From contig CAWBHS010000049.1 of NCBI GenBank assembly GCA_963788655.1, positions 64,001-128,000 of the forward strand: a DNA stretch of 64,000 bases, in the 5' to 3' direction. How positions within the stretch are numbered: position 1 is the stretch's first letter; every line of letters starts with the position of its first letter. The DNA is from an uncultured Verrucomicrobiae bacterium. GTDB lineage: Bacteria > Verrucomicrobiota > Verrucomicrobiia > Limisphaerales > JAFGQR01. Of the stretch, positions 63,582 to 64,000 are shown one piece after another. The translations under genes and the position numbers were made by a program. Below the pieces are notes generated by a model. That model did not search any database. It was not told the DNA's origin and saw only the letters and a list, made by a program, of their open reading frames with translations.

Positions 63582-63857
63582 ATGCGAACGCGATACGAGA
63601 TTAAACCGCCAAATTTACCCACGGTTCATCGCTGGGTATGGATGGCTTTGGCGTTACTGGTGTGTGCTCCAGCTCAGGCCCGGATCCAAGGCTTGGTCTA
63701 TTTACGTGAGCCAGCGATAACCAACGGACATTTCCGTTTTGTTCTGCATGGCGAATCCAAAGTGGGATACCGTATTTGGCAGACACAGGATCGGTCGATG
63801 TGGACGTGCAGTATCACCAACTCCCCCAATATTTCGAGAATGCGGCGTTGGCGCTGA
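63582..63857 (+). CDS. Short secreted hypothetical protein or fragment
   Basis: Signal-like ALALLVCAPAQA followed by TNGHFRFVLHGE..YRI..QD..W. Confidence 0.4.
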   Translation: MRTRYEIKPPNLPTVHRWVWMALALLVCAPAQARIQGLVYLREPAITNGHFRFVLHGESKVGYRIWQTQDRSMWTCSITNSPNISRMRRWR

Positions 63858-64000
63858 TAGGGCCGTGGAACTTGCCTCTCGCCGCTGCACGCGCAAACTC
63901 CGGTGTTGAAACCGGAAGTTTGGATGATGCCGCCCTCGGCGGCGGACGGACGGTGTCTCCGGCAACTCTTTACGCATCCGGAACAATGGGTGGAAACTCG

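Noticed and set aside
1..64000. About 15 single-base frameshifts as programmed frameshifting or mass pseudogenisation
   Set aside because: They hit unrelated genes, often at short homopolymers, and leave both halves undegraded. Long-read indel error is the simplest explanation; this needs read-level confirmation.
63860..64000. Possible gene at the right edge
   Set aside because: No recognisable motif in any frame within the available sequence.

Overview
High-GC bacterial chromosomal window, most likely Verrucomicrobiota (inferred from the prepilin/H-X9-DG protein, HEAT/DUF1080 and DUF5010 proteins, the 'TN...FYRVGV' C-terminal domains and the REP types). Many single-base frameshifts point to long-read assembly error. 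1-20 kb is mostly ordinary: CusB/TolC metal efflux, a degenerate tRNA-Asn-like element, kdsA, an ABC/HlyD exporter, an aldehyde dehydrogenase plus FAH-family pair, and EPS export genes including a Wzc-Wza fusion. 20-46.5 kb is a dense accessory mosaic. It holds a REP-associated tyrosine transposase (RAYT) next to a REPIN-TA-REPIN-TA-REPIN array, and further toxin-antitoxin modules bracketed by RAYT-derived MITE-like remnants. An IS110-family element there has a 3' non-coding region with readable bridge-RNA guides matching its own insertion site. An IS91-like rolling-circle transposase is accompanied by extra oriIS copies that delimit cargo DNA. 46.5-59.3 kb is a glycan-utilisation cluster. 59.5-64 kb has a GHKL-ATPase/nuclease and more TA modules between duplicated gene 3' ends. 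About nine TA-like modules lie within about 41 kb.
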